Below, in pieces: positions 1 to 9,452 of a stretch of 64,000 bases of DNA; positions within the stretch are counted from its first letter, which is position 1, and each line of letters begins with the position of its first letter. The translations under genes and the position numbers were made by a program. The stretch lies in NCBI GenBank assembly GCA_963796965.1, contig CAWCNS010000005.1, positions 960,001 to 1,024,000 of the forward strand, given 5' to 3'. This stretch comes from Calditrichia bacterium (lineage in GTDB: Bacteria; Calditrichota; Calditrichia; JAJRVZ01). A model generated the notes under the pieces. It did no database searches, was not told the origin of the DNA, and saw nothing but the letters and a program-made list of their open reading frames with translations.

Positions 1-85
1 ATGAGCCCCTTCTGAAAAAATCTCATTCGCCATTGGTTTTGCAAGATCAGTGGTTAACAACTCAGTTATTGGTACATCACAATAA

Positions 86-739
86 CTAGTTTTCCTGAAG
101 AATAGCAAAGGGATTTAGGGTTTTTACTCTATTTCTAAGTGATTTTTTATCAATATCCTTGAAATCAGATTTATTCAAAATAACTACATCAGCAATCCGA
201 ACTTGATGGCGGATGCGGGTCATAGATTCTTCCATCTTTATAAAATTAACACTGTCAACAACACACCATACCTGTGCCAGGTATAAGCGATCCTTCAATT
301 CGCTTGCCTGGAACAACTCGCCGATGGCTATTGGATCGGCCAGCCCGGTCGCTTCCAGGATAACCATATCCGGCTGAATCTCATCAATAAAATCAGCCAA
401 TGACTTTCGAAAATCAGATAAGAGACAAACACAGAATACAGAGCCTTTATTAACCTCCAATAACTCAAATGAATGACCTGTTCGTCGCAGTTCTTTTCCG
501 TCCACCTGCCCCGGCGCAAACTCATTCTGAATAACCCCAATCCGTTGTTTACCGGAGAAATTATCCAGAAATCTTTTAAGAAAAGTTGTTTTGCCGCTGC
601 CCAAGAATCCGGTGACCAGGTAAAAGGGTATGGGATGATTATTTTTTTTATTCACTGTTTTTGGTCCATAAACATCAAAACCTCCACCACAATCCCCCTC
701 CTTACTAAGGAGGAGGAAAAAGGGGGTGGTAATTCTCAT
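86..739 (-). CDS. CobW/G3E-family P-loop GTPase (metallochaperone); real start probably GTG near 655; 3' end probably frameshifted
   Basis: VTGFLGSGKTT Walker A, QNEF, GSVFCVC metal motif, EATGLADP Walker B, VILNKSD. Confidence 0.85.
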   Translation of the reverse strand: MRITTPFFLLLSKEGDCGGGFDVYGPKTVNKKNNHPIPFYLVTGFLGSGKTTFLKRFLDNFSGKQRIGVIQNEFAPGQVDGKELRRTGHSFELLEVNKGSVFCVCLLSDFRKSLADFIDEIQPDMVILEATGLADPIAIGELFQASELKDRLYLAQVWCVVDSVNFIKMEESMTRIRHQVRIADVVILNKSDFKDIDKKSLRNRVKTLNPFAILQEN

Positions 740-1002
740 TTTCTAACCACGAATGACACTAATTTTAACGGATTTCACGAATTATTATTTTTATCATCCC
801 CCAGGAATCTTCATGCATACAGCCAAATAGTCAACGAGAAGGAAGATCCTTACAGGATGACGGCAGAAATTACTATTCGGGAATAAAATGTACACAACGG
901 ATTAAAGTGGCCGTTCGTGAACGGCCACTACAATGAAACGCTGCAAAGTAATAAAAAATATATTCTTTGCGTTCTCTGCGCCTCCTTTGCGTCTTTGCGT
1001 TA
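692..1002. repeat. Cluster of REP-like palindromes and short reiterations
   Basis: gtggccgttc-gt-gaacggccac palindrome near 907-928; ctttgcg/ctctgcg reiterations 964-1000; atccccc...aggggg at 692-726. Confidence 0.6.
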
Positions 1003-1019
1003 AAAAATCTTGAAGAACC

Positions 1020-2642
1020 TTAAAGAATATCCTTAATCCACTCCTTTATAATCGGCACACTCGGCTCCACACCCTCTGATTTTGTCTTATAATTGGCAAC
1101 AATAATGGAAGGTGTTTTGATCACACCATAGGACAGACGTTCTTTCTCGTCGATAATACATTGAATTGAAATATCTGCCCCCAATTCACGTGTGGCCTGC
1201 TCGACTAACGGTTTGAGTTTGGCACATTCTGCCTCATCTTTACCCAGGATTAAAAGGGCACCCTTTCTTGATCGGATCCGGTAATGGATTTTTTCAAGTA
1301 TACGTTTTTGAATCGCTTTAATTAATTCTTCTTTTGGTGGGATCCGCGATACGAAAGTTATTTTGCCATCGATACAGATCGTCGGAATATTTTTCACCAT
1401 CAGAGAGGTCATAAACATCACTGAATCGGCATGTTTAATTTTATGCTCCCGCCATTCCACCACGCCCTCGAATTCCGGGGTGATGCTTTTTACCGCTTCA
1501 ACCATATATTGACAAGGTGCACAGGATTCTGAATCTAACGTAATCACATCAACGATCACTTTGTCTGTTCGGCCATAATCACTCATATCAAGAATATCTG
1601 TCTCATCTGCAGATTGATCCAATGTTTGGATGACATCACGTTGATAGGGGTCCAATACAATTTTAGAAACCGCCTTCAGATTGGCCGGCGGGGTGTCATA
1701 GGGCAAATCACATCCGGGGGCCAAAATAAATCCTTTTTCCCCACCGAGTTCAATACAGGAAAGTGCATCCCGCTGAGAATCAACTTCTGTGCCGAGGAGC
1801 AGGACAACCGTTAACTTCATATTACCACCAAAACTAATTCCGTGTTGCTGGCAAATATCGCGAACAAAATCGAGGGGGATATTTTCATCGATAGATACAT
1901 TATCCGGCTTGCATTGGCACATGACATCAATGTTTTGCTGAGCCTGTCCACAGACGAAAAAGGAACTATAGACATTTTTCTCGCGGATATGTGAAAAAAC
2001 TTTTGAGGCAGGCCCCAGGACAAATTGTTTAAATTGGTCCGGTCCTATCTGGCTGGTCATCGGGTCGACTACAGCAATGATATCGCAACCGGCCTCCATA
2101 TAAAAGTCAGCCATCCGTATCGTAACATCCCGACAGAATTCTAACAATTCCTGAACATAGGTATCATTTTCAAACATTTTCATAAACAGATCTGTACCTT
2201 GTAAATGTAAAGCAAGGGTGAACGGACCGGTAATCAAACCATACCAGGCAATATCTGGATGCATTTCACGTAACCGGGTCGCTGCACGCATGGTCAGGCC
2301 AATTCTTCCTTGTTCTATTTCCGGCAGGCTAAGATCCGCCAGATTTTTACCTGCTATCAAAGGATGGGAGACAACAGCCGGTGGATTCTGCTCTGCCCAC
2401 AATAGTTCACACCCGAGAGATTCTGCCTCAATTTGCAGGTCGAAGGTTACGGGCAGGCCATCCGGTTGATATTGTTTAATCGCTTCGGTAGCAGCATTGA
2501 CCAGGTGATCTTCTGATTGATGGTAATCTTTTGCACTCACGCCAATCAGGGAGGCACCATGGCAGCCAACAAAGGGCACCCAGGGAATTCGGTCAACCGG
2601 TTCAGAGCGTATAGCCTTTAATATTCTTTCTCTTGGATTCAT
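1020..2642 (-). CDS. Uroporphyrinogen decarboxylase / MtaA-CmuA methyltransferase family protein with C-terminal thioredoxin-like domains
   Basis: MNPRERILKAI..DRIPWVP, FDLQIEAESLG, GPFTLA, FFVCG, GFILAPGCDLP; then SCAPCQYM (CxxC) and IPTICIDG; final YGVIKTPSII domain. Confidence 0.85.
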   Translation of the reverse strand: MNPRERILKAIRSEPVDRIPWVPFVGCHGASLIGVSAKDYHQSEDHLVNAATEAIKQYQPDGLPVTFDLQIEAESLGCELLWAEQNPPAVVSHPLIAGKNLADLSLPEIEQGRIGLTMRAATRLREMHPDIAWYGLITGPFTLALHLQGTDLFMKMFENDTYVQELLEFCRDVTIRMADFYMEAGCDIIAVVDPMTSQIGPDQFKQFVLGPASKVFSHIREKNVYSSFFVCGQAQQNIDVMCQCKPDNVSIDENIPLDFVRDICQQHGISFGGNMKLTVVLLLGTEVDSQRDALSCIELGGEKGFILAPGCDLPYDTPPANLKAVSKIVLDPYQRDVIQTLDQSADETDILDMSDYGRTDKVIVDVITLDSESCAPCQYMVEAVKSITPEFEGVVEWREHKIKHADSVMFMTSLMVKNIPTICIDGKITFVSRIPPKEELIKAIQKRILEKIHYRIRSRKGALLILGKDEAECAKLKPLVEQATRELGADISIQCIIDEKERLSYGVIKTPSIIVANYKTKSEGVEPSVPIIKEWIKDIL

Positions 2643-2675
2643 TATTTCCCCATTATCTCTAAAAAAAAGATTTTA

Positions 2676-2750
2676 CCACAAAGTTCACAGAGAAGGCACT
2701 AAGATCACAAAGTTTTTATAAAGAAATTTCTCTGTGTCTCTCTGTGGTTT
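2676..2750. repeat. REP-like imperfect inverted repeat
   Basis: accacaaag..cacagag..cacaaag facing ctctgtgtctctctgtggt. Confidence 0.55.
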
Positions 2751-2801
2751 ATTTAAAGATAGTATCTTGAAAAGACGCATTCAATTTACAAAATCTTTCA
2801 A

Positions 2802-4193
2802 TTATTTTTGGCCATTATAATATTTATTTTTATGCCGCGTGGCATATTGTTGTAACCTGGTAGCCACTTGTGGATATTTGTCGATCACATTTACTTTCTC
2901 ATAGGGATCATTTTTCATGTCAAATAACGACAATTCTATATGATCCTGTTTATATTTTCCAGCCTGTCCATCCATCCCTGGCTCCACTAATGTCCTGTAT
3001 TGATGGGGTACATGTAGTTTCCAATTGCCATCACCAGTAATGACGCCTTCGAAATTTTTTCCCGTGGAAAAAGGATAGTATTCATGTGGATTTTCTGCAC
3101 CCGGTTTATCGGAAATAATCTCCCAAACATTTTTACCATCAATTTCGTTTGCAGGGAGACGCGCTCCTGCCAAATAGCTAAAAGTGGGCAGGAGATCAAT
3201 TGAGCAGAATGCTTTTTCTGAAATCGAGTTCACTTCAATTTTTTTAGGATATTTGATAATACAGGCAGAACGAATCCCACCATCAAACCCGGTGGATTTT
3301 GCTTCCCGATAGGGTGTTTTACCAGCATGATTACCATAACTGATCCAGGGGCCATTATCAGATGTGAAGATCACTAATGTATTTTCATCTAAACCATTAG
3401 ATTTTAGAGCATCCATAATCTTACCTACGGACCAATCGATTTCCATCATCACATCTGCATATAATCCCTTTCCTGATTTACCCAAAAATTTATCACTACA
3501 AAATAGGGGTACATGAGGCATTGAATGGGGTACATATAAGAAAAAAGGATTATCTTTATTTCTCTTGATAAAATCAACGGCATGTTCCGTATACCAGGTC
3601 GTAAGCTGTGTTTGTTCTTTTGGCGTAACCCGCTCGATTGATATTCTGTCATTTTCCCAAAACTGCAAAGGCCATTGTTTCCAAAATTCTGGCTTTTCCG
3701 GATGAAACTCCCACATATCATTCGAGTACATAAGCCCGCAACATTCATCAAATCCCCTGGCAAGCGGACGTGTTTCAGGTTGATCACCCACATGCCATTT
3801 TCCGAATACCGCCGTATGATATCCCTGCGTTTTTAATACTTCGCCTATTGTACTGAATTTTGGATCAAGTCCTTTGACTCTCGGCCTATGGGCGCCAAAC
3901 ATTTTCGTACGACCTGGATAACATCCGGTTAAAAGTGCGGCTCGTGAAGCAGAACATACGGCCTGTGGAACATAAAAATTATTAAAACGGCACCCTTCCC
4001 TGGCCAGGCGCTCCACATTGGGCGTTGGATATTCAGGATTACCAAAAGGTTTGAAATCTGCCCATCCCGAATCATCGAGAAATATTATCACAAAATTTGG
4101 TTGTTTTGTATTAGTTGAGTTAGTAGTACAGGAAAATCCAAGAACGAGTAGGGAAAGAAAAATTCCTATCAATGAATTCTGTTTTAATACCAT
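2802..4193 (-). CDS. Cys-type sulfatase (arylsulfatase A-like), probable lipoprotein
   Basis: PNFVIIFLDD, CSASRAALLTG (CxxxR), GKWH, FTSDNGP; LGFSC lipobox. Confidence 0.92.
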   Translation of the reverse strand: MVLKQNSLIGIFLSLLVLGFSCTTNSTNTKQPNFVIIFLDDSGWADFKPFGNPEYPTPNVERLAREGCRFNNFYVPQAVCSASRAALLTGCYPGRTKMFGAHRPRVKGLDPKFSTIGEVLKTQGYHTAVFGKWHVGDQPETRPLARGFDECCGLMYSNDMWEFHPEKPEFWKQWPLQFWENDRISIERVTPKEQTQLTTWYTEHAVDFIKRNKDNPFFLYVPHSMPHVPLFCSDKFLGKSGKGLYADVMMEIDWSVGKIMDALKSNGLDENTLVIFTSDNGPWISYGNHAGKTPYREAKSTGFDGGIRSACIIKYPKKIEVNSISEKAFCSIDLLPTFSYLAGARLPANEIDGKNVWEIISDKPGAENPHEYYPFSTGKNFEGVITGDGNWKLHVPHQYRTLVEPGMDGQAGKYKQDHIELSLFDMKNDPYEKVNVIDKYPQVATRLQQYATRHKNKYYNGQK

Positions 4194-4400
4194 AGGATGA
4201 TTTCCTCCATTCAGATTTTATTGAAGTAAGATATCGATATTAGATTTATCGATCCATATCAGACACCTTGTGCTTTATTATATTATCTGGTAAGTTTTTG
4301 CGGGATACAATAAAAGTTAGCAGTCTGTTTCCTTACAAGCAAAAAATTCAACAACCCTATAAATCGTTCAGGTATAAATGGGATAAAGGAAGTTAATAAC

Positions 4401-5420
4401 ATGAAAATCAATCATAAAGTTAACCTGTTACATGTCTTATTTGTATCCATATTAATATACATGAGTATCCTTGTTCAAAGTGGATGTTCTGAAAAAAAAA
4501 CAGCATCCACAATCCATCATTCTTTTCAGATTAGCAATGGATATTTTAGTGGAACCCTTCATGACAATATTTCTAACAAACAGCGGCACGGTTCAGGCTT
4601 TACGCCACTATCTCACCATCTCTACCCCAATCGAAACATATATCATGATGATGCTGTTGGTTTAAATTTTGAACATATTATGAATGGCACAGCAGCCGAT
4701 TTCTCCATATCCCATCTTACCCCACGCAAAGATTCATGCTTAATAAATCGTCTTTCTGATTCTTCTGCTAGTGTCATACATCCGGCAGAATATTCTTCCT
4801 GGTACATCGATAGCAAAATGACCTATACATTGAAAGGCAAGAATTATATCGATTTGGAATTTGTTGCAACTCCAAGAAAAGATAAATTTCCTTTGGGCTA
4901 TGTGGGTTTTATGTGGGCCAGTTATATGAACCGGACCATTGACCGTCGGATATTTTTTAGGGGACTGAACAAAAACCAGGGGGATTGGGTAGCCTTTGGG
5001 GAAGATATAACAGATAGTTTTGAGACTGGGACGATTGCCTATTACAAATCAAAACCCCTGCCCTATGAAAAAGACGCAAAAACACTCAATATCATCGAAC
5101 ATCCTCACAAGAAGTTTATTTTACCCTTCTACTACGGGCTGGTACACGGATCTGGTAATGTGGAGTCAAAAAACGATACAATGGTCTATATAATGATGTT
5201 TGATCAAAAAGAGACCATTCGATTCGCTATGTGGAATTTTATAAGAAATTCAGAGGGTGAAGCCGATACGCATAGCCCGGCCTGGGACTGGCAGTATGTC
5301 ATTCAAAATCCGGAATTAAATAAAGAATATCGTTACAGGGCAAGGATTGTTTACAAACCGTATGCCGGACGTGCAGATATTATTAAGGAATATAAGAATT
5401 GGGTAGGATTAGAGCATTGA
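4401..5420 (+). CDS. Hypothetical exported protein / lipoprotein
   Basis: 339-aa ORF, AAGGA RBS, hydrophobic N-terminus ending QSGC; no family recognised. Confidence 0.75.
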   Translation: MKINHKVNLLHVLFVSILIYMSILVQSGCSEKKTASTIHHSFQISNGYFSGTLHDNISNKQRHGSGFTPLSHHLYPNRNIYHDDAVGLNFEHIMNGTAADFSISHLTPRKDSCLINRLSDSSASVIHPAEYSSWYIDSKMTYTLKGKNYIDLEFVATPRKDKFPLGYVGFMWASYMNRTIDRRIFFRGLNKNQGDWVAFGEDITDSFETGTIAYYKSKPLPYEKDAKTLNIIEHPHKKFILPFYYGLVHGSGNVESKNDTMVYIMMFDQKETIRFAMWNFIRNSEGEADTHSPAWDWQYVIQNPELNKEYRYRARIVYKPYAGRADIIKEYKNWVGLEH

Positions 5421-5430
5421 AATTAGGAAT

Positions 5431-5816
5431 TTGGATGTGGGATTCGGGATACGAGATACCGGATGTGGATAATTGAAGATTGAATATTTGAATAGGATGT
5501 AATCTAGGATATAGATGTTTCAATATATCGTGAATAATTAATCCTCTACGAGGATTTTTTATTAGTGGTGTTGGACGTTTTCTACAATACTTAAACCTCT
5601 ACAAGGTTTAATACGGGGAGGGATTTAACTTTTAATAAATCTCATGTATAACACTATTAAGTCCTCGTAGAGGAAAAATTATTGTAAAACTAAGCGATAC
5701 TAAAAATATCATCCTTGTAGAGGATGCATCAAAACTGATCATTCCCCCTAACCAGCCCCAATATCCCATATCTTATTTCTCATATCTCATATCGCGTATC
5801 CCGTATCCCACATCCA
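5431..5816. repeat. Nested inverted-repeat element (heptamer arms around four cctc/cctt-agg palindromes)
   Basis: tggatgtgggattcgggatacgagata at 5432 is the near reverse complement of tatcgcgtatcccgtatcccacatcca ending 5816; palindromes at about 5542, 5594, 5661, 5711. Confidence 0.7.
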
Positions 5817-5860
5817 ATCCTCAATTTTCCCGATCAATGATGTTGTCCTCATTAAAAAAT

Positions 5861-6091
5861 CTACTCAAATACAATCCGATATGTATCCTTTAATTTTTCA
5901 GATTTTCTGAACAAATTTATCCGGTACAAGGCTTCACCCCATAATTTTCTGAGATTTTCATCTTCCAAGGCAATCTTTTCGATCTCAACGTCAAAATACC
6001 CTGAAGGATAGTAGACGTGTAGTGACGGGCTATCCACTGAGCTAAATTCTAACCTTCCTTCTTCTTCAAGCGTGGGTTTACAGAGGGACAT
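5861..6091 (-). pseudogene. Orphan C-terminal fragment resembling heparinase II/III-family proteins
   Basis: IEKIALEDENLRKLWGEALYRI resembles C-termini of that family; no N-terminal part present. Confidence 0.4.
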
Positions 6092-6223
6092 GAGATGTAA
6101 TTGCGGTATTGGTTAATTTGCATAATTCTTGATGTAGCAAGAGGATGTTTTTTCCATATAACTTAAGTAAAAACATCCCCCTAACCCCCTTCAAAGGGGG
6201 AATAGATTTTGCCCATTCAAAAT

Positions 6224-6784
6224 TTATAAATCTTTCATGACTTTGATGACAACTTTACGAATTTCACCATCGCTAACCATCGGTGCATGGGCATCATCAG
6301 GTGTAAATATTGTAAAATATCCTGGTCCTACTTTAGTCCAGGTTTGGGGTTCGTCGTTAAAAAATCCAATATCCTCACTCTCATTATAGGGCGTCTCAAC
6401 AGATTTACAGTCAGAGGTTGGCCGCCAGCCCATTTCATCAGTACCACTAATAACATATTGAATATCAATATATTTACGATGGGATTCTAGCTTGGCTTCA
6501 GCCTTACTTTGCCCCATACCTTTTTGAATCATAGCAAAAATTCGATCACCATCGATCTCATATTTTCCATCTGGTATGTCAGCCAATGATTCCTGTTTTA
6601 AATAATTAAAGGCCTTTTCAAAGTTGGGATGCATTTCATAATATTTGTTGGCATTTTTAAGCGTATCATAAATCATCTTTCTCTCCTTCATGGGCGATTC
6701 GGAACAATTGATAAAATTTGCCATAACAAAAATAAATAATAAAAAAACTCTAATAATTTGTTTGGTTATACCATAATGTTTCAT
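6224..6784 (-). CDS. YhcH/YjgK/YiaL (DUF386) family protein; alternative start at 6676
   Basis: MIYDTL..HPNFEKAF, ESHRKYIDIQY, FTPDDAHAP, KVVIKV. Confidence 0.9.
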   Translation of the reverse strand: MKHYGITKQIIRVFLLFIFVMANFINCSESPMKERKMIYDTLKNANKYYEMHPNFEKAFNYLKQESLADIPDGKYEIDGDRIFAMIQKGMGQSKAEAKLESHRKYIDIQYVISGTDEMGWRPTSDCKSVETPYNESEDIGFFNDEPQTWTKVGPGYFTIFTPDDAHAPMVSDGEIRKVVIKVMKDL

Positions 6785-7029
6785 TTCATTCTCCTAATAT
6801 AAATTATAAATCAGCATTACCTGTTATTTGAAGACGGTATTATATTCTCCCAAAACATCATCCATAGGGACATTAATAATAGTTATAATTATTGATCATG
6901 TCCAGACCTATTTAATTTACTACTCAATAGATTTACAGAGGAGAAATTCCAAATGATTAAAAACAATCTCCTTCGTCTTATATGACAGGAGAGGCAATTT
7001 CATCTAAGTAATTATTTCAGTAAACATAG

Positions 7030-9295
7030 TCAGAAGCCATACCGAACAGAAGCCCAGAAACTACGACCATATCCATCTACACCTGATCCATGAAGACGAT
7101 AGGTCTCATCTAATAGATTTATAAACCCCAGGCTGCACATCAAGGTTTGTATAGAATAGCCGATACGAAAGTTTAAAACACTCCAGCCAGGAGTTCCACC
7201 AGGAGGGATACGGTGGTCATCTACGTCGCCCCCTGACAAACGATCTTGTATTGTTGCGAATTGCCATTCAATTTCGCTCCAAAACCCGATTTGTGCTTTG
7301 TATCGGAGGCCAAGTTGGCCATACAAAGGCGGAATCCTTCTCATGGGTTCATTCTTAGTTTCGTTTTGCCCGTAGGTATAAACCAGATGACCAAAGGCGG
7401 CAGTTTCATGGGGTAACCCGATCTCGAAATCACCCTCAAAGCCATATAAGTAGGCCTTAGCTGAGTTTTCCTTTTTATAGACACGTTCTCCCTCAAAAGT
7501 GGGACTACCAAGATAGGTGGATGGGGTCCGGTCAATAAGGTTAAAAAGTTGTGAACGGTACAGGACCAATGCGCTTGCAAAACGATCCATGCGGACTTTA
7601 TAACCAAGCTCGAGGGTAAATGAATTTTCCGGTGCAAGGTTCGCACTAGGAACTTCAATTCCAAAATCAAAAGAACCAAATGAACTCATATCATTGATAT
7701 TAGGAGAACGAAAACCCGTATTCATAGAAAATGTGATATGGTGTTGGTCGTGAACCCGGTAAAGAACAGAAGCATTACTTACAAGAGTCTGTCGGATTAA
7801 CATTTAATTCGCCAAATAATTCATCTTTTGCAGACACATGGAAAGCATTAAAACGAATCCCCAAGTTCAATAGCCAACGATCGAATTTGAGTGAATGAGA
7901 GGAGTATAGCGCCAGACTATTTGCCGAAGATCCATCAGGATATAGACCACGTCGTTGGGTTTCCTCACCGGTAGTGGTTTCCGTGTCTCTGGCCCAACTG
8001 CCTACCATATCATGGTACCATTCAAGGCCTGATATGGCCTTCCAAATGGAACTTAAATCTGAATGGATCTCAATTGTTGCCCCCCACGTATCCACTTCAT
8101 CTCCCTCATTCCGAACCACTGTCTGATCTTGCTTTTGCTTGATCCGCTCTTCAAGACTGCGATGATAGGATAAGGTGAGTTGAACCTGCTGAAACCAGTT
8201 ATTATCAAAAAATGATTGAGAGCGTAAATAGCCGAATTGACGAATCTGTGGGTCAAAACTGTATCGTGCATAACCGCGTTGGGCTACCTGATCAAATCGG
8301 GGCACATCTTCCTGATGAACCTGCTGATAAGCAACAGTTAGCAGATGGGTTGAAGAAAGCAAAAACAATCCCTTAAAGTCTCCCGAGATCTCATCATAAC
8401 CCGAAGGTGTTTGGGTTCCTAAATCACCCCCAGCCACGATATCTCCGAATCTACGTATATCAAAACCGCCATAAACTGACCATTTTGGTGCATTGGCCTG
8501 TATTTCAGCACGGATACTGCGATCCATATCTCGGTTCATGAAACGGAGCCCAACATTTCCGGAGATGTTCATACCTTCATTCGAGAATCTGGGTTTTTTT
8601 GTGAGGATATTAATGACACCGCCGAGTGCATCACTTCCATAAAGTACCGAGCCCGCCCCGCGAATAACTTCAGCACGTTCAATGGCATTGGGAGCGATGG
8701 TATTGAGGTATTGGTTTGGACCATAGCGGAAAGTAGCATTATTCAGCCGGATTCCATCTATCATAATTAGAACCTGATTACCAGTTAATCCTCGAATAAA
8801 AGGGGATCCACCGCCGTGGTTGGTTTTTTGCATCCAGACACCATTCACCCCCATGAGTGCTTCTGGTGTAGAGCGCAAAGATTTTCGACTGAGTTCGATA
8901 CGCTCCACCGTCGAGACAGCTACCGGAACATCGAATGGTCTGCTCTCATAGCGTTGTGCCGTCACCACAATCGCTTCCGTCGTCAGGAGAATTGTCGGCT
9001 GCAGGACGATTGTAATCTCGCTGGCTGATTCCCGGGAGACAACAATATCACGCTCCATCACCTCATATCCCGGAGAGGAAGCACGCAACCGATAGGTACC
9101 AGGTTCAAGTGGTGTGATAGAAAATGTCCCCTTATCGGAACTGGTACCCCGGAATGGTGTTCCGGCAATATCTATAGCAACTGCGGGTATGGGTTGACCT
9201 GTCGTTTCGTCATTGACAATGCCTACAATCGAATTGGACAGAACAATCGTGGGAACAAATAAACTTACAACAACAAAGGTGATAAAGCGATGCAT
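7030..9295 (-). CDS. TonB-dependent receptor with N-terminal carboxypeptidase-regulatory-like domain; frameshift near 7790
   Basis: IVVTAQR, plug motif IRGL..NQVLIMIDG, IERAEVIRGAGSVLYGSDALGGVINI, C-terminal GRSFWASVRYGF; two overlapping ORFs. Confidence 0.9.
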
Positions 9296-9452
9296 CCTGA
9301 ATCCTTATATTGGGCGATACACATGATATACAAATATTATAGATTAATCAATTTACGAATATCAAGAAACTCCATTTTGGTTTCATCTGTACAAGATTAA
9401 AAATTGATAGAAGTAAAAGATAACCACAAGACATCAATTTTATTATCTAATT

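Noticed and set aside
1020..2642. hemE call
   Set aside because: Lacks the HemE RQAGRY motif; has Cys motifs typical of the MtaA/CmuA-like branch
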